A stretch of 64,000 bases of DNA, from positions 44,764,001-44,828,000 of the forward strand of contig OZ024742.1 in assembly GCA_964016885.1 (NCBI GenBank). Direction: 5' to 3'. The first letter of the stretch is position 1. Every line of letters starts with the position of its first letter. A program made the position numbers and the translations under genes. The notes beneath the pieces are model-generated. The model saw nothing but the letters and a program-made list of their open reading frames with translations. It had not been told where the DNA came from and searched no databases. Positions 15,001-30,000 of this stretch are shown piece after piece. The DNA comes from Eledone cirrhosa. Taxonomy: Eukaryota.

Positions 15001-18000
15001 TGATAGTGGTGACAATGTTGATAGTGGTGACAATGTTGATAGTGGTGACAATGTTGATGGTGGTGACAATGTTGATAGTGGTGACAATGTTGATAGTGGT
15101 GACAATGTTGATAGTGGTGACAATGTTGATAGTGGTGACAATGATGATAGTGGTGTCAATGATAGTGGTGACAATGTTGATAGTGGTGACAATATTGATA
15201 GTGGTGACAATGTTGATAGTGGTGTCAATGATGATAGTGGTGACAAGGTTGATAGTGGTGACAATGTTGATAGTGGTGACAATGTTGATAGTGGTGACAA
15301 TGATAGTGGTGACAATGTTGATAGTGGTGACAATGTTGATAGTGGTGACAATGTTGATAGTGGTGACAATGTTGATAGTGGTGACAATGATAGTGGTGAC
15401 AATGTTGATAGTGGTGACAATGTTGATAGTGGTGACAATGTTGATAGTGGTGACAATGTTGATAGTGGTGACAATGATGATAGTGGTGACAATGTTGAAA
15501 GTGGTGACAATGTTGATAGTGGTGACAATGTTGATAGTGGTGACAAGGTTGATAGTGATGACAATGTTGATAGTGGTGACAAGGTAGATAGTGATGACAA
15601 TAGTGATAGTGGTGACAATGTTGATAGTGGTGAGAATGATAGTGGTGACAATGTTGATAATGGTGACAATGTTGATAGTGGTGACAATATTGATAGTGGT
15701 GACAATGATGATAGTGGTGACAATGATGATAGTGGTGACAATGTTGATAGTGGTGACAATGATAGTGGTGACAATGTTGATAGTGGTGACAATGTTGATA
15801 GTGGTGACAAGGTTGATAGTGGTGACATTGTTGATAGTGGTGACAATGATAGTGGTGACAATGTTGATAGTGGTGACAATGTTGATAGTGGTGACAATGT
15901 TGATAGTGGTGACAATGTTGATAGTGGTGACAATGTTGATAGCGGTGACAATGTTGATAGTGGGGATAATGTTGATAGTGGTGACAAGGTTGATAGTGGT
16001 GACATTGTTGATAGTGGTGACAATGTTGATAGAGGTGACAAGGTTGATAGTGATGACAATGTTGATAGTGGTGACAAGGTTGATAGTGATGACAATATTG
16101 ATAGTGGTGACAATGTTGATAGTGGTGACAATGTTGATAGTGGTGACAATGTTGATAGTGGTGACAATGTTGATAGTGGTGACAATGTTGATAGTGGTGA
16201 CAATGTTGATAGTGATGACAATGTTGATAGTGGTGACAATGTTGATAGTGGTGACAATGATGATAGTGGTGACAATGTTGATAGTGGTGACAATGTTGAT
16301 AGTGGTGACAATGTTGATAGTGGTGACAAGGTTGATAGTGATGACAATGTTGATAGTGGTGACAAGGTAGATAGTGATGACAATAGTGATAGTGGTGACA
16401 ATGTTCATAGTGGTGACAATGATAGTGGTGACAATGTTGATAGTGGTGACAATGTTGATAGTGGTGACAATGTTGATAGTGGTGACAATGATGATAGTGG
16501 TGACAATGTTGATAGTGGTGACAATGATAGTGGTGACAATGTTGATAGTGGTGACAATGTTGATAGTGGTGACAATGTTGATAGTGGTGACAATGTTGAA
16601 GGTGGTGACAATGTTGATAGTGGGGACAATGTTGATAGTGGTGACAAGGTTGATAGTGGGGACAATGTTGATAGAGGTGACAAGGTTGATAGTGATGACA
16701 ATGTTGATAGTGGTGACAAGGTTGATAGTGATGACAATATTGATAGTGGTGACAATGTTGATAGTGGTGACAATGTTGATAGTGGTGACAATGTTGATAG
16801 TGGTGACAATGTTGATAGTGGTGACAATGTTGATAGTGGTGACAATGTTGATAGTGGTGACAATGCTGATAGTGATGACAATGTTGATAGTGGTGACAAT
16901 GTTGATAGTGGTGACAATGATGATAGTGGTGACAATGATGATAGTGGTGACAATGTTGATAGTGGTGACAATGTTGATAGTGGTGACAATGTTGATAGTG
17001 GTGACAATGTTGATAGTGGTGACAATGTTGATAGTGGTGACAATGTTGATAGTGGTGACAATGCTGATAGTGATGACAATGTTGATAGTGGTGACAATGT
17101 TGATAGTGGTGACAATGTTGATAGTGGTGACAATGTTGATAGTGGTGACAATGTTGATAGTGGTGACAATGTTGATAGTGGTGACAATGTTGATAGTGGT
17201 GACAATGTTGATAGTGGTGACAATGTTGATAGTGGTAACAATGATGATAGTGGTGACAATGTTGATAGTGGTGACAAGGTTGATAGTGATGACAATGTTG
17301 ATAGTGGTGACAAGGTTGATAGTGATGACAATGTTGATAGTGGTGACAAGGTTGATAGTGATGACAATGTTGATAGTGGTGACAAGGTTGATAGTGATGA
17401 CAATGATAGTGGTGACAATGTTGATAGTGGTGACAATGTTGATAGTGGTGACAATGTTGATAGTGGTGACAATGATAGTGGTGACAATGTTGATAGTGGT
17501 GACAATGTTGATAGTGGTGACAATGTTGATAGTGGTGACAATGATGATAGTGGTGACAATATGGATAGTGGTGACAATGATGATAGTGGTGACAATGTTG
17601 ATAGTGGTGACAATGTTGATAGTGGTGACAATGATGATAGTGATGACAATGTTGATAGTGGTGACAATGTTGATAGTGGTGACAATGATGATAGTGATGA
17701 CAATGTTGATAGTGGTGACAATGATAGTGGTGACAATGATGATACTGGTGACAATATGGATAGTGGTGACAATGATGATAGTGATGACAATGTTGATAGT
17801 GGTGACAATGATGATAGTGATGACAATGTTGATAGTGGTGACAATGTTGATAGTGGTGACAATGTTGATAGTGGTGACAATGTTGATAGTGGTGACAATG
17901 TTGATAGTGGTGACAATGTTGATAGTGGTGACAATGATAGTGGTGACAATGATAGTGGTGACAATGTTGATAGTGGTGACAATGTTGATAGTGGTGTCAA

Positions 18001-21000
18001 TGATAGTGGTGACAATGTTGATAGTGGTGACAATATTGATAGTGGTGACAATGTTGATAGTGGTGTCAATGATGATAGTGGTGTCAATGATAGTGGTGAC
18101 AATGTTGATAGTGGTGACAATGTTGATAGTGGTGACAATGTTGATAGTGGTGACAATGTTGATAGTGGTGACAATGTTGATAGTGGTGACAATGATAGTG
18201 GTGACAATGTTGATAGTGGTGACAATGTTGATAGTGGTGACAATGTTGATAGTGGTGACAATGTTGATAGTGGTGACAATGATGATAGTGGTGACAATGT
18301 TGAAAGTGGTGACAATGTTGATAGTGGTGACAATGTTGATAGTGGTGACAAGGTTGATAGTGGTGACAATGTTGAAAGTGGTGACAATGTTGATAGTGGT
18401 GACAATGTTGAAAGTGGTCACAATGTTGATAGTGGTGACAATGATGATAGTGGTGACAACGTTGATAGTGGTGACAATGTTGATAGTGGTGACAATGATG
18501 ATAGTGGTGACGATGATAGTGGTGACAATGATGATAGTGGTGACAATGATAGTGGTGACAATGTTGATAGTGGTGACGATGATAGTGGTGACAATGTTGA
18601 TAATGGTGACAATGTTGATAATGGTGACAATGTTGATAGTGAGTACAATGTTGATAGTGGTGACAATGATAGTGGTGACAATGTTGATAGTGGTGACAAT
18701 GTTGATAGAGGTGACAATGTTGATAGTGGTGACAATGTTGATAGTGGTGACAATGATAGTGGTGACAATGTTGATAATGGTGACAATGTTGATAGTGGTG
18801 ACAATGTTGATAGTGGTGACAATGTTGATAGTGGTGACAATGATAGTGGTGACAATGTTGATAGTGGTGACAATGTTGATAGTGGTGAAAATGTTGATAG
18901 TGGTGACAATGATGATAGTGGTGACAATGATGATAGTGGTGACAATGTTGATAGTGGTGACAAGGTTGATAGTGATGACAATGATGATAGTGGTGACAAT
19001 GATAGTGGTGACAATGTTGATAGTGGTGACAATGATAGTGGTGACAATGTTGATAGTGGTGACAATGTTGATAATGGTGACAATGTTGATAATGGTGACA
19101 ATGTTGATAGCGGTGACAATGTTGATAGCGGTGACAATGTTGATAGTGGTGACAAGGTTGATAGTGATGACAATGATGATAGTGATGACAATGTTGATAG
19201 TGGTGACAATGTTGATAGTGGTGACAATGTTGATAGTGGTAACAATGATGATAGTGGTGACAATGTTGATAGTGGTGACAAGGTTGATAGTGATGACAAT
19301 GTTGATAGTGGTGACAAGGTTGATAGTGATGACAATGTTGATAGTGGTGACAAGGTTGATAGTGATGACAATGTTGATAGTGGTGACAAGGTTGATAGTG
19401 ATGACAATGATAGTGGTGACAATGTTGATAGTGGTGACAATGTTGATAGTGGTGACAATGTTGATAGTGGTGACAATGATAGTGGTGACAATGTTGATAG
19501 TGGTGACAATGTTGATAGTGGTGACAATGTTGATAGTGGTGACAATGATGATAGTGGTGACAATATGGATAGTGGTGACAATGATGATAGTGGTGACAAT
19601 GTTGATAGTGGTGACAATGTTGATAGTGGTGACAATGATGATAGTGATGACAATGTTGATAGTGGTGACAATGTTGATAGTGGTGACAATGATGATAGTG
19701 ATGACAATGTTGATAGTGGTGACAATGATAGTGGTGACAATGATGATACTGGTGACAATATGGATAGTGGTGACAATGATAGTGATGACAATGTTGATAG
19801 TGGTGACAATGATGATAGTGATGACAATGTTGATAGTGGTGACAATGTTGATAGTGGTGACAATGTTGATAGTGGTGACAATGTTGATAGTGGTGACAAT
19901 GTTGATAGTGGTGACAATGTTGATAGTGGTGACAATGATAGTGGTGACAATGATAGTGGTGACAATGATAGTGGTGACAATGTTGATAGTGGTGACAATG
20001 TTGATAGTGGTGACAATGTTGATGGTGGTGACAATGTTGATAGTGGTGACAATGTTGATAGTGGTGACAATGTTGATAGTGGTGACAATGTTGATAGTGG
20101 TGACAATGATGATAGTGGTGTCAATGATAGTGGTGACAATGTTGATAGTGGTGACAATATTGATAGTGGTGACAATGTTGATAGTGGTGTCAATGATGAT
20201 AGTGGTGACAAGGTTGATAGTGGTGACAATGTTGATAGTGGTGACAATGTTGATAGTGGTGACAATGATAGTGGTGACAATGTTGATAGTGGTGACAATG
20301 TTGATAGTGGTGACAATGTTGATAGTGGTGACAATGTTGATAGTGGTGACAATGATAGTGGTGACAATGTTGATAGTGGTGACAATGTTGATAGTGGTGA
20401 CAATGTTGATAGTGGTGACAATGTTGATAGTGGTGACAATGATGATAGTGGTGACAATGTTGAAAGTGGTGACAATGTTGATAGTGGTGACAATGTTGAT
20501 AGTGGTGACAAGGTTGATAGTGATGACAATGTTGATAGTGGTGACAAGGTAGATAGTGATGACAATAGTGATAGTGGTGACAATGTTGATAGTGGTGAGA
20601 ATGATAGTGGTGACAATGTTGATAATGGTGACAATGTTGATAGTGGTGACAATATTGATAGTGGTGACAATGATGATAGTGGTGACAATGATGATAGTGG
20701 TGACAATGTTGATAGTGGTGACAATGATAGTGGTGACAATGTTGATAGTGGTGACAATGTTGATAGTGGTGACAAGGTTGATAGTGGTGACATTGTTGAT
20801 AGTGGTGACAATGATAGTGGTGACAATGTTGATAGTGGTGACAATGTTGATAGTGGTGACAATGTTGATAGTGGTGACAATGTTGATAGTGGTGACAATG
20901 TTGATAGCGGTGACAATGTTGATAGTGGGGACAATGTTGATAGTGGTGACAAGGTTGATAGTGGTGACATTGTTGATAGTGGTGACAATGTTGATAGAGG

Positions 21001-24000
21001 TGACAAGGTTGATAGTGATGACAATGTTGATAGTGGTGACAAGGTTGATAGTGATGACAATATTGATAGTGGTGACAATGTTGATAGTGGTGACAATGTT
21101 GATAGTGGTGACAATGTTGATAGTGGTGACAATGTTGATAGTGGTGACAATGTTGATAGTGGTGACAATGTTGATAGTGATGACAATGTTGATAGTGGTG
21201 ACAATGTTGATAGTGGTGACAATGATGATAGTGGTGACAATGTTGATAGTGGTGACAATGTTGATAGTGGTGACAATGTTGATAGTGGTGACAAGGTTGA
21301 TAGTGATGACAATGTTGATAGTGGTGACAAGGTAGATAGTGATGACAATAGTGATAGTGGTGACAATGTTCATAGTGGTGACAATGATAGTGGTGACAAT
21401 GTTGATAGTGGTGACAATGTTGATAGTGGTGACAATGTTGATAGTGGTGACAATGATGATAGTGGTGACAATGTTGATAGTGGTGACAATGATAGTGGTG
21501 ACAATGTTGATAGTGGTGACAATGTTGATAGTGGTGACAATGTTGATAGTGGTGACAATGTTGAAGGTGGTGACAATGTTGATAGTGGGGACAATGTTGA
21601 TAGTGGTGACAAGGTTGATAGTGGGGACAATGTTGATAGAGGTGACAAGGTTGATAGTGATGACAATGTTGATAGTGGTGACAAGGTTGATAGTGATGAC
21701 AATATTGATAGTGGTGACAATGTTGATAGTGGTGACAATGTTGATAGTGGTGACAATGTTGATAGTGGTGACAATGTTGATAGTGGTGACAATGTTGATA
21801 GTGGTGACAATGTTGATAGTGGTGACAATGCTGATAGTGATGACAATGTTGATAGTGGTGACAATGTTGATAGTGGTGACAATGATGATAGTGGTGACAA
21901 TGATGATAGTGGTGACAATGTTGATAGTGGTGACAATGTTGATAGTGGTGACAATGTTGATAGTGGTGACAATGTTGATAGTGGTGACAATGTTGATAGT
22001 GGTGACAATGTTGATAGTGGTGACAATGCTGATAGTGATGACAATGTTGATAGTGGTGACAATGTTGATAGTGGTGACAATGTTGATAGTGGTGACAATG
22101 TTGATAGTGGTGACAATGTTGATAGTGGTGACAATGTTGATAGTGGTGACAATGTTGATAGTGGTGACAATGTTGATAGTGGTAACAATGATGATAGTGG
22201 TGACAATGTTGATAGTGGTGACAAGGTTGATAGTGATGACAATGTTGATAGTGGTGACAAGGTTGATAGTGATGACAATGTTGATAGTGGTGACAAGGTT
22301 GATAGTGATGACAATGTTGATAGTGGTGACAAGGTTGATAGTGATGACAATGATAGTGGTGACAATGTTGATAGTGGTGACAATGTTGATAGTGGTGACA
22401 ATGTTGATAGTGGTGACAATGATAGTGGTGACAATGTTGATAGTGGTGACAATGTTGATAGTGGTGACAATGTTGATAGTGGTGACAATGATGATAGTGG
22501 TGACAATATGGATAGTGGTGACAATGATGATAGTGGTGACAATGTTGATAGTGGTGACAATGTTGATAGTGGTGACAATGATGATAGTGATGACAATGTT
22601 GATAGTGGTGACAATGTTGATAGTGGTGACAATGATGATAGTGATGACAATGTTGATAGTGGTGACAATGATAGTGGTGACAATGATGATACTGGTGACA
22701 ATATGGATAGTGGTGACAATGATGATAGTGATGACAATGTTGATAGTGGTGACAATGATGATAGTGATGACAATGTTGATAGTGGTGACAATGTTGATAG
22801 TGGTGACAATGTTGATAGTGGTGACAATGTTGATAGTGGTGACAATGTTGATAGTGGTGACAATGTTGATAGTGGTGACAATGATAGTGGTGACAATGAT
22901 AGTGGTGACAATGTTGATAGTGGTGACAATGTTGATAGTGGTGTCAATGATAGTGGTGACAATGTTGATAGTGGTGACAATATTGATAGTGGTGACAATG
23001 TTGATAGTGGTGTCAATGATGATAGTGGTGTCAATGATAGTGGTGACAATGTTGATAGTGGTGACAATGTTGATAGTGGTGACAATGTTGATAGTGGTGA
23101 CAATGTTGATAGTGGTGACAATGTTGATAGTGGTGACAATGATAGTGGTGACAATGTTGATAGTGGTGACAATGTTGATAGTGGTGACAATGTTGATAGT
23201 GGTGACAATGTTGATAGTGGTGACAATGATGATAGTGGTGACAATGTTGAAAGTGGTGACAATGTTGATAGTGGTGACAATGTTGATAGTGGTGACAAGG
23301 TTGATAGTGGTGACAATGTTGAAAGTGGTGACAATGTTGATAGTGGTGACAATGTTGAAAGTGGTCACAATGTTGATAGTGGTGACAATGATGATAGTGG
23401 TGACAACGTTGATAGTGGTGACAATGTTGATAGTGGTGACAATGATGATAGTGGTGACGATGATAGTGGTGACAATGATGATAGTGGTGACAATGATAGT
23501 GGTGACAATGTTGATAGTGGTGACGATGATAGTGGTGACAATGTTGATAATGGTGACAATGTTGATAGTGGTGACAATGTTGATAGTGAGTACAATGTTG
23601 ATAGTGGTGACAATGATAGTGGTGACAATGTTGATAGTGGTGACAATGTTGATAGAGGTGACAATGTTGATAGTGGTGACAATGTTGATAGTGGTGACAA
23701 TGATAGTGGTGACAATGTTGATAATGGTGACAATGTTGATAGTGGTGACAATGTTGATAGTGGTGACAATGTTGATAGTGGTGACAATGATAGTGGTGAC
23801 AATGTTGATAGTGGTGACAATGTTGATAGTGGTGAAAATGTTGATAGTGGTGACAATGATGATAGTGGTGACAATGATGATAGTGGTGACAATGTTGATA
23901 GTGGTGACAATGTTGATAGTGATGACAATGATGATAGTGGTGACAATGATAGTGGTGACAATGTTGATAGTGGTGACAATGATAGTGGTGACAATGTTGA

Positions 24001-27000
24001 TAATGGTGACAATGTTGATAATGGTGACAATGTTGATAGCGGTGACAATGTTGATAGCGGTGACAATGTTGATAGTGGTGACAAGGTTGATAGTGATGAC
24101 AATGATGATAGTGATGACAATGTTGATAGTGGTGACAATGATAGTGGTGACAATGATGATACTGGTGACAATATGGATAGTGGTGACAATGATGATAGTG
24201 ATGACAATGTTGATAGTGGTGACAATGATGATAGTGGTGACAATGTTGATAGCTGTGACAATGTTGATAGTGGTGACAAGGTTGATAGTGATGACAATGA
24301 TGATAGTGATGACAATGTTGATAGTGGTGACAATGATGATAGTGGTGACAATGTTGATAGTGGTGACAATGTTGATAGTGGTGACAATGATAGTGGTGAC
24401 AATGATAGTGGTGACAATGATGATACTGGTGACAATGATGATAGTGATGACAATGTTGATAGTGGTGACAATGATGATAGTGATGACAATGTTGATAGTG
24501 GTGACAATGATGATAGTGATGACAATGTTGATAGTGGTGACAATGTTGATAGTGGTGACAATGTTGATAGTGGTGACAATGTTGATAGTGGTGACAATGT
24601 TGATAGTGGTGACAATGATAGTGGTGACAATGATAGTGGTGACAATGATAGTGGTGACAATGATAGTGGTGACAATGTTGATAGTGGTGACAATGTTGAT
24701 AGTGGTGACAATGTTGATGGTGGTGACAATGTTGATAGTGGTGACAATGTTGATAGTGATGACAATGTTGATAGTGGTGACAATGTTGATGGTGGTGACA
24801 ATGTTGATAGTGACGACAATGTTGATAGTGGTGACAATGTTGATAGTGGTGACAATGATGATAATGGTGACAATGTTGATAGTGGTGACAATGATGATAG
24901 TGGTGACAATGATGATAGTGGTGTCAATGATAGTGGTGACAATATTGATAGTGGTGACAATGTTGATAGTGGTGACAATGATGATAGTGGTGTCAATGAT
25001 AGTGGTGACAATGTTGATAGTGGTGACAATGTTGATAGTGGTGACGATGATAGTGGTGACAATGTTGATAGTGGTGACAATGTTGATAGTGGTCACAATG
25101 TTGATAGTGGTGACAATGTTGATAGTGGTGACAATGTTGATAGTGGTGACAATGTTGATAGTGGTGACAATGTTGATAGTGGTGACAATGATGATAGTGG
25201 TGACAATGATGATAGTGGTGTCAATGATAGTGGTGACAATATTGATAGTGGTGACAATGTTGATAGTGGTGACAATGATGATAGTGGTGTCAATGATAGT
25301 GGTGACAATGTTGATAGTGGTGACAATGTTGATAGTGGTGACGATGATAGTGGTGACAATGTTGATAGTGGTGACAATGTTGATAGTGGTCACAATGTTG
25401 ATAGTGGTGACAATGTTGATAGTGGTGACAATGTTGATAGTGGTGACAATGTTGATAGTGGTGACAATGTTGATAGTGGTGACAATGTTGATAGTGGTGA
25501 CAATGTTGATAGTGATGACAATGTTGATAGTGGTGACAATGATAGTGGTGACAATGTTGATAGTGGTGACAATGTTGATAGTGGTGACAATGATGATAGT
25601 GATGACAATGTTGATAGTGATGACAATGTTGATAGTGGTGACAATGATAGTGGTGACAATGATGATAGTGGTGACAATGATAGTGGTGACAATGTTGATA
25701 GTGGTGACAATGATGATAGTGGTGACAATGTTGATAGTGGTGACAATGTTGATAGTGGTGACAATGATAGTGGTGACAATGATGATACTGGTGACAATGA
25801 TGATAGTGATGACAATGTTGATAGTGGTGACAATGATGATAGTGATGACAATGTTGATAGTGGTGACAATGATGATAGTGATGACAATGTTGATAGTGGT
25901 GACAATGTTGATAGTGGTGACAATGTTGATAGTGGTGACAATGTTGATAGTGGTGACAATGTTGATAGTGGTGACAATGATAGTGGTGACAATGATAGTG
26001 GTGACAATGATAGTGGTGACAATGTTGATAGTGGTGACAATGTTGATAGTGGTGACAATGATGATAGTGGTGACAATGATGATAGTGGTGACAATGTTGA
26101 TAGTGGTGACAATGTTGATAGTGGTGACAATGATGATAGTGGTGTCAATGATAGTGGTGACAATGATGATAGTGGTGACAATGTTGATAGTGGTGACAAT
26201 GATGATAGTGGTGTCAATGATAGTGGTGACAATGATGATAGTGGTGACAATGTTGATAGTGGTGACAATGTTGATAGTGGTGACAATGTTGATAGTGGTG
26301 ACGATGATAGTGGTGACAATGTTGATAGTGGTGACAATGTTGATAGTGGTGACAATGTTGATAGTGGTGACAATGTTGATGGTGGTGACAATGTTGATAG
26401 TGGTGACAATGTTGATAGTGGTGACAATGTTGATAGTGATGACAATGATAGTGGTGACAATGTTCATAGTGGTGATAATGTTGATAGTGGTGACAATGTT
26501 CATAGTGTTGACAATGATGATAGTGGTGACAATGATGATAGTGGTGACAATGATAGTGGTGACTATGTTGATAGTGGTGACAATGATGATAGTGATGACA
26601 ATGTTGATAGTGGTGACAATGATAGTGGTGACAATGTTGATAGTGGTGACAATGTTGATAGTGGTGACAATGTTGATAGTGGTGACAATATGGATAGTGG
26701 TGACAGTGTTGATAGTGGTGTCAATGTTGATAGTGGTGACAATGATGATAGAGGTGACAATGTTGAATGTGGTGACAATGTTGATAGTGGTGACAATGTT
26801 GATAGTGGTGACAATGTTGATAGTGGTGACAATGTTGATAGTGGTGACAATGTTGATAGTGGTGACAATGTTGATAGTGGTGACGATGATAGTGGTGACA
26901 ATGTTGATAGTGGTGACAATGTTGATAGTGGTGACAATGTTGATAGTGGTGACAATGTTGATAGTGGTGACAATGTTGATGGTGGTGACAATGTTGATAG

Positions 27001-30000
27001 TGGTGACAATGATGATAGTGGTGACAATGATAGTGGTGACTATGTTGATAGTGGTGACAATGATGATAGTGATGACAATGTTGATAGTGGTGACAATGAT
27101 AGTGGTGACAATGTTGATAGTGGTGACAATGTTGATAGTGGTGACAATGTTGATAGTGGTGACAATATGGATAGTGGTGACAATGTTGATAGTGGTGACA
27201 ATGTTGATAGTGGTGACAATGTTGATAGTGGTGACAATGTTGATAGTGGTGACAATGTTGATAGTGGTGACAATGTTGATAGTGGTGACAATATTGATAG
27301 TGGTGACAATGTTGATAGTGGTGACAATGTTGATAGTGGTGACAATGTTGATAGTGGTGACAATGTTGATAGTGTTGACAATGTTGATAGTGGTGACAAT
27401 GTTGATAGTGATGACAATGTTGATAGGGGTGACAATGTTGATAGTGGTGACAATGTTGATAGTGGTGACAATGTTGATAGTGGTGACAATGTTGATAGTG
27501 GTGACAATGTTGATAGTGGTGACAATGTTGATAGTGGTGACAATGTTGATAGTGATGACAATGTTGATAGGGGTGACAATGTTGATAGTGATGACAATGT
27601 TGATAGGGGTGACAATGTTGATAGTGGTGACAATGTTGATAGTGGTGACAATGTTGATAGTGGTGACAATGTTGATAGTGGTGACAATATTGATAGTGGT
27701 GACAATGTTGATAGTGGTGACAATGTTGATAGTGGTGACAATGTTGATAGTGGTGACAATGTTGATAGTGGTGACAATGTTGATAGTGGTGACAATGTTG
27801 ATAGTGATGACAATGTTGATAGGGGTGACAATGTTGATAGTGATGACAATGTTGATAGTGATGTCAATGTTGATAGTGGTGACAATGATGATAGTGGTGA
27901 CAATGTTGATAGTAGTGATAATGATGATAGTGGTGACAATGTTTATAGTGGTGACAATGATAGTGGTGACAATGTTGATAGTGGTGACAATGTTGATAGT
28001 GGTGACAATGTTGATAGTGGTGACAACGTTGATAGTGGTGTCAATGATGATAGTGGTGACAATGTTGATAGTGATGACAATGATGATTGTGGTGACAATG
28101 TTGATAGTGGTGACAATGTTGATAGTGGTGTCAATGATGATAGTGGTGACAATGTTGATAGTGATGACAATGATGATAGTGGCGACAATGTTGATAGTGG
28201 TGACAATGTTGATAGTGGTGACAATGATGATAGTGATGACAATGTTGATAGTGGTGACAATGATAGTGGTGACAATGTTGATAGTGGTGACAATGTTGAT
28301 AGTGATGACAATGATGATAGTGGTGACAATGTTGATAGTGGTGACAATATTGATAGTGGTGACAATGTTGATAGCGATGACAATGATGATAGTGATGACA
28401 ATGATGATAGTGGTGATAATGATAGTGGTGACAATGTTGATAGTGATGACAATGTTGATAGTGGTGACAATGTTGATAGTCGTGACAATGTTGATAGTCG
28501 TGACAATGTTGATAGTGGTGACAATGTTGATAGTGGTGACAATGTTGATAGTGGTGACAATGTTGATAGTGATGACAATGTTGATAGTGGTGACAATGTT
28601 GATAGTGGTGACAATGTTGATAGTGATGACAATGTTGATAGTGGTGACAATGTTGATAGTGGTGACAATGTTGATAGTGATGACAATGTTGATAGTGGTG
28701 ACAATGTTAATAGTGGTGACAATGTTGATAGTGGTGACAATATTGATAGTGGTGACAATGTTGATAGTGGTGACAATGTTGATAGTGGTGACAATTATAG
28801 TGGTGACAATGTTGATACTGGTGACAATATGGATAGTGGTGACAATGTTGATAGTGGTGACAATGTTGATAGTGGTGACAATGATGATAGTGATGACAAT
28901 GTTGATAGTGGTGACAATGTTGATAGTGGTGACAATGTTAATAGTGGTGACAATGTTGATAGTGGTGACAATATTGATAGTGGTGACAATGTTGATAGTG
29001 GTGACAATGTTGATAGTGGTGACAATGATGATAGTGGTGACAATGTTGATAGTGGTGACAATGATGATAGTGGTGACAATGTTGATAGTGGTGACAATGT
29101 TGATAGTGGTGACAATGATAGTGGTGACAATGTTGATAATGGTGACAATGTTGATAATGGTGACAATGTTGATAGTGGTGACAATGTTGATAGTGGTGAC
29201 AATGTTGATAGTGGTGACAATGTTGATAGTGGTGACAATGTTGATAGTGATGACAAGGTTGATAGTGGTGACAAGGTTGATAGTGGTGACAAGGTTGATA
29301 GTGGTGACAACGTTGATAGTGGTGACAATGTTGATAGTGCTGACAATGTTGATAGTGATGACAATGTTGATAGTGGTGACAATGTTGATAGTGGTGACAA
29401 TGTTGATAGTGGTGACAATGATGATAGTGATGACAATGTTGATAGTGGTGACAATGTTGATAGTGGTGACAATGTTGATAGTGATGACAATGTTGATAGT
29501 GGTGACAATGTTGATAGTGGTGACAATGTTGATAGTGGTGACAATGTTGATAGTGATGACAATGTTGATAGCGGTGACAATGTTGATAGTGGTGACAATG
29601 TTGATAGTGGTGACAATGTTGATAGTGATGACAATGTTGATAGCGGTGACAATGTTGATAGTGGTGACAATGTTGATAGTGATGACAATGTTGATAGTGG
29701 TGACAATGTTGATAGTGGTGACAATGTTGATAGTGGTGACAATGTTGATAGTGGTGACAATGTTGATAGTGATGACAATGTTGATAGTGGTGACAATGTT
29801 GATAGTGGTGACAATGTTGATAGTGGTGACAATGTTGATAGTGGTGACAATGTTGATAGTGGTGACAATGTTGATAGTGGTGACAATGTTGATAGTGGTG
29901 ACAATGTTGATAGTGGTGACAATGTTGATAGTGGTGACAATGATGATAGTGATGACAATGTTGATAGTGGTGACAATGTTGATAGTGGTGACAATGTTGA

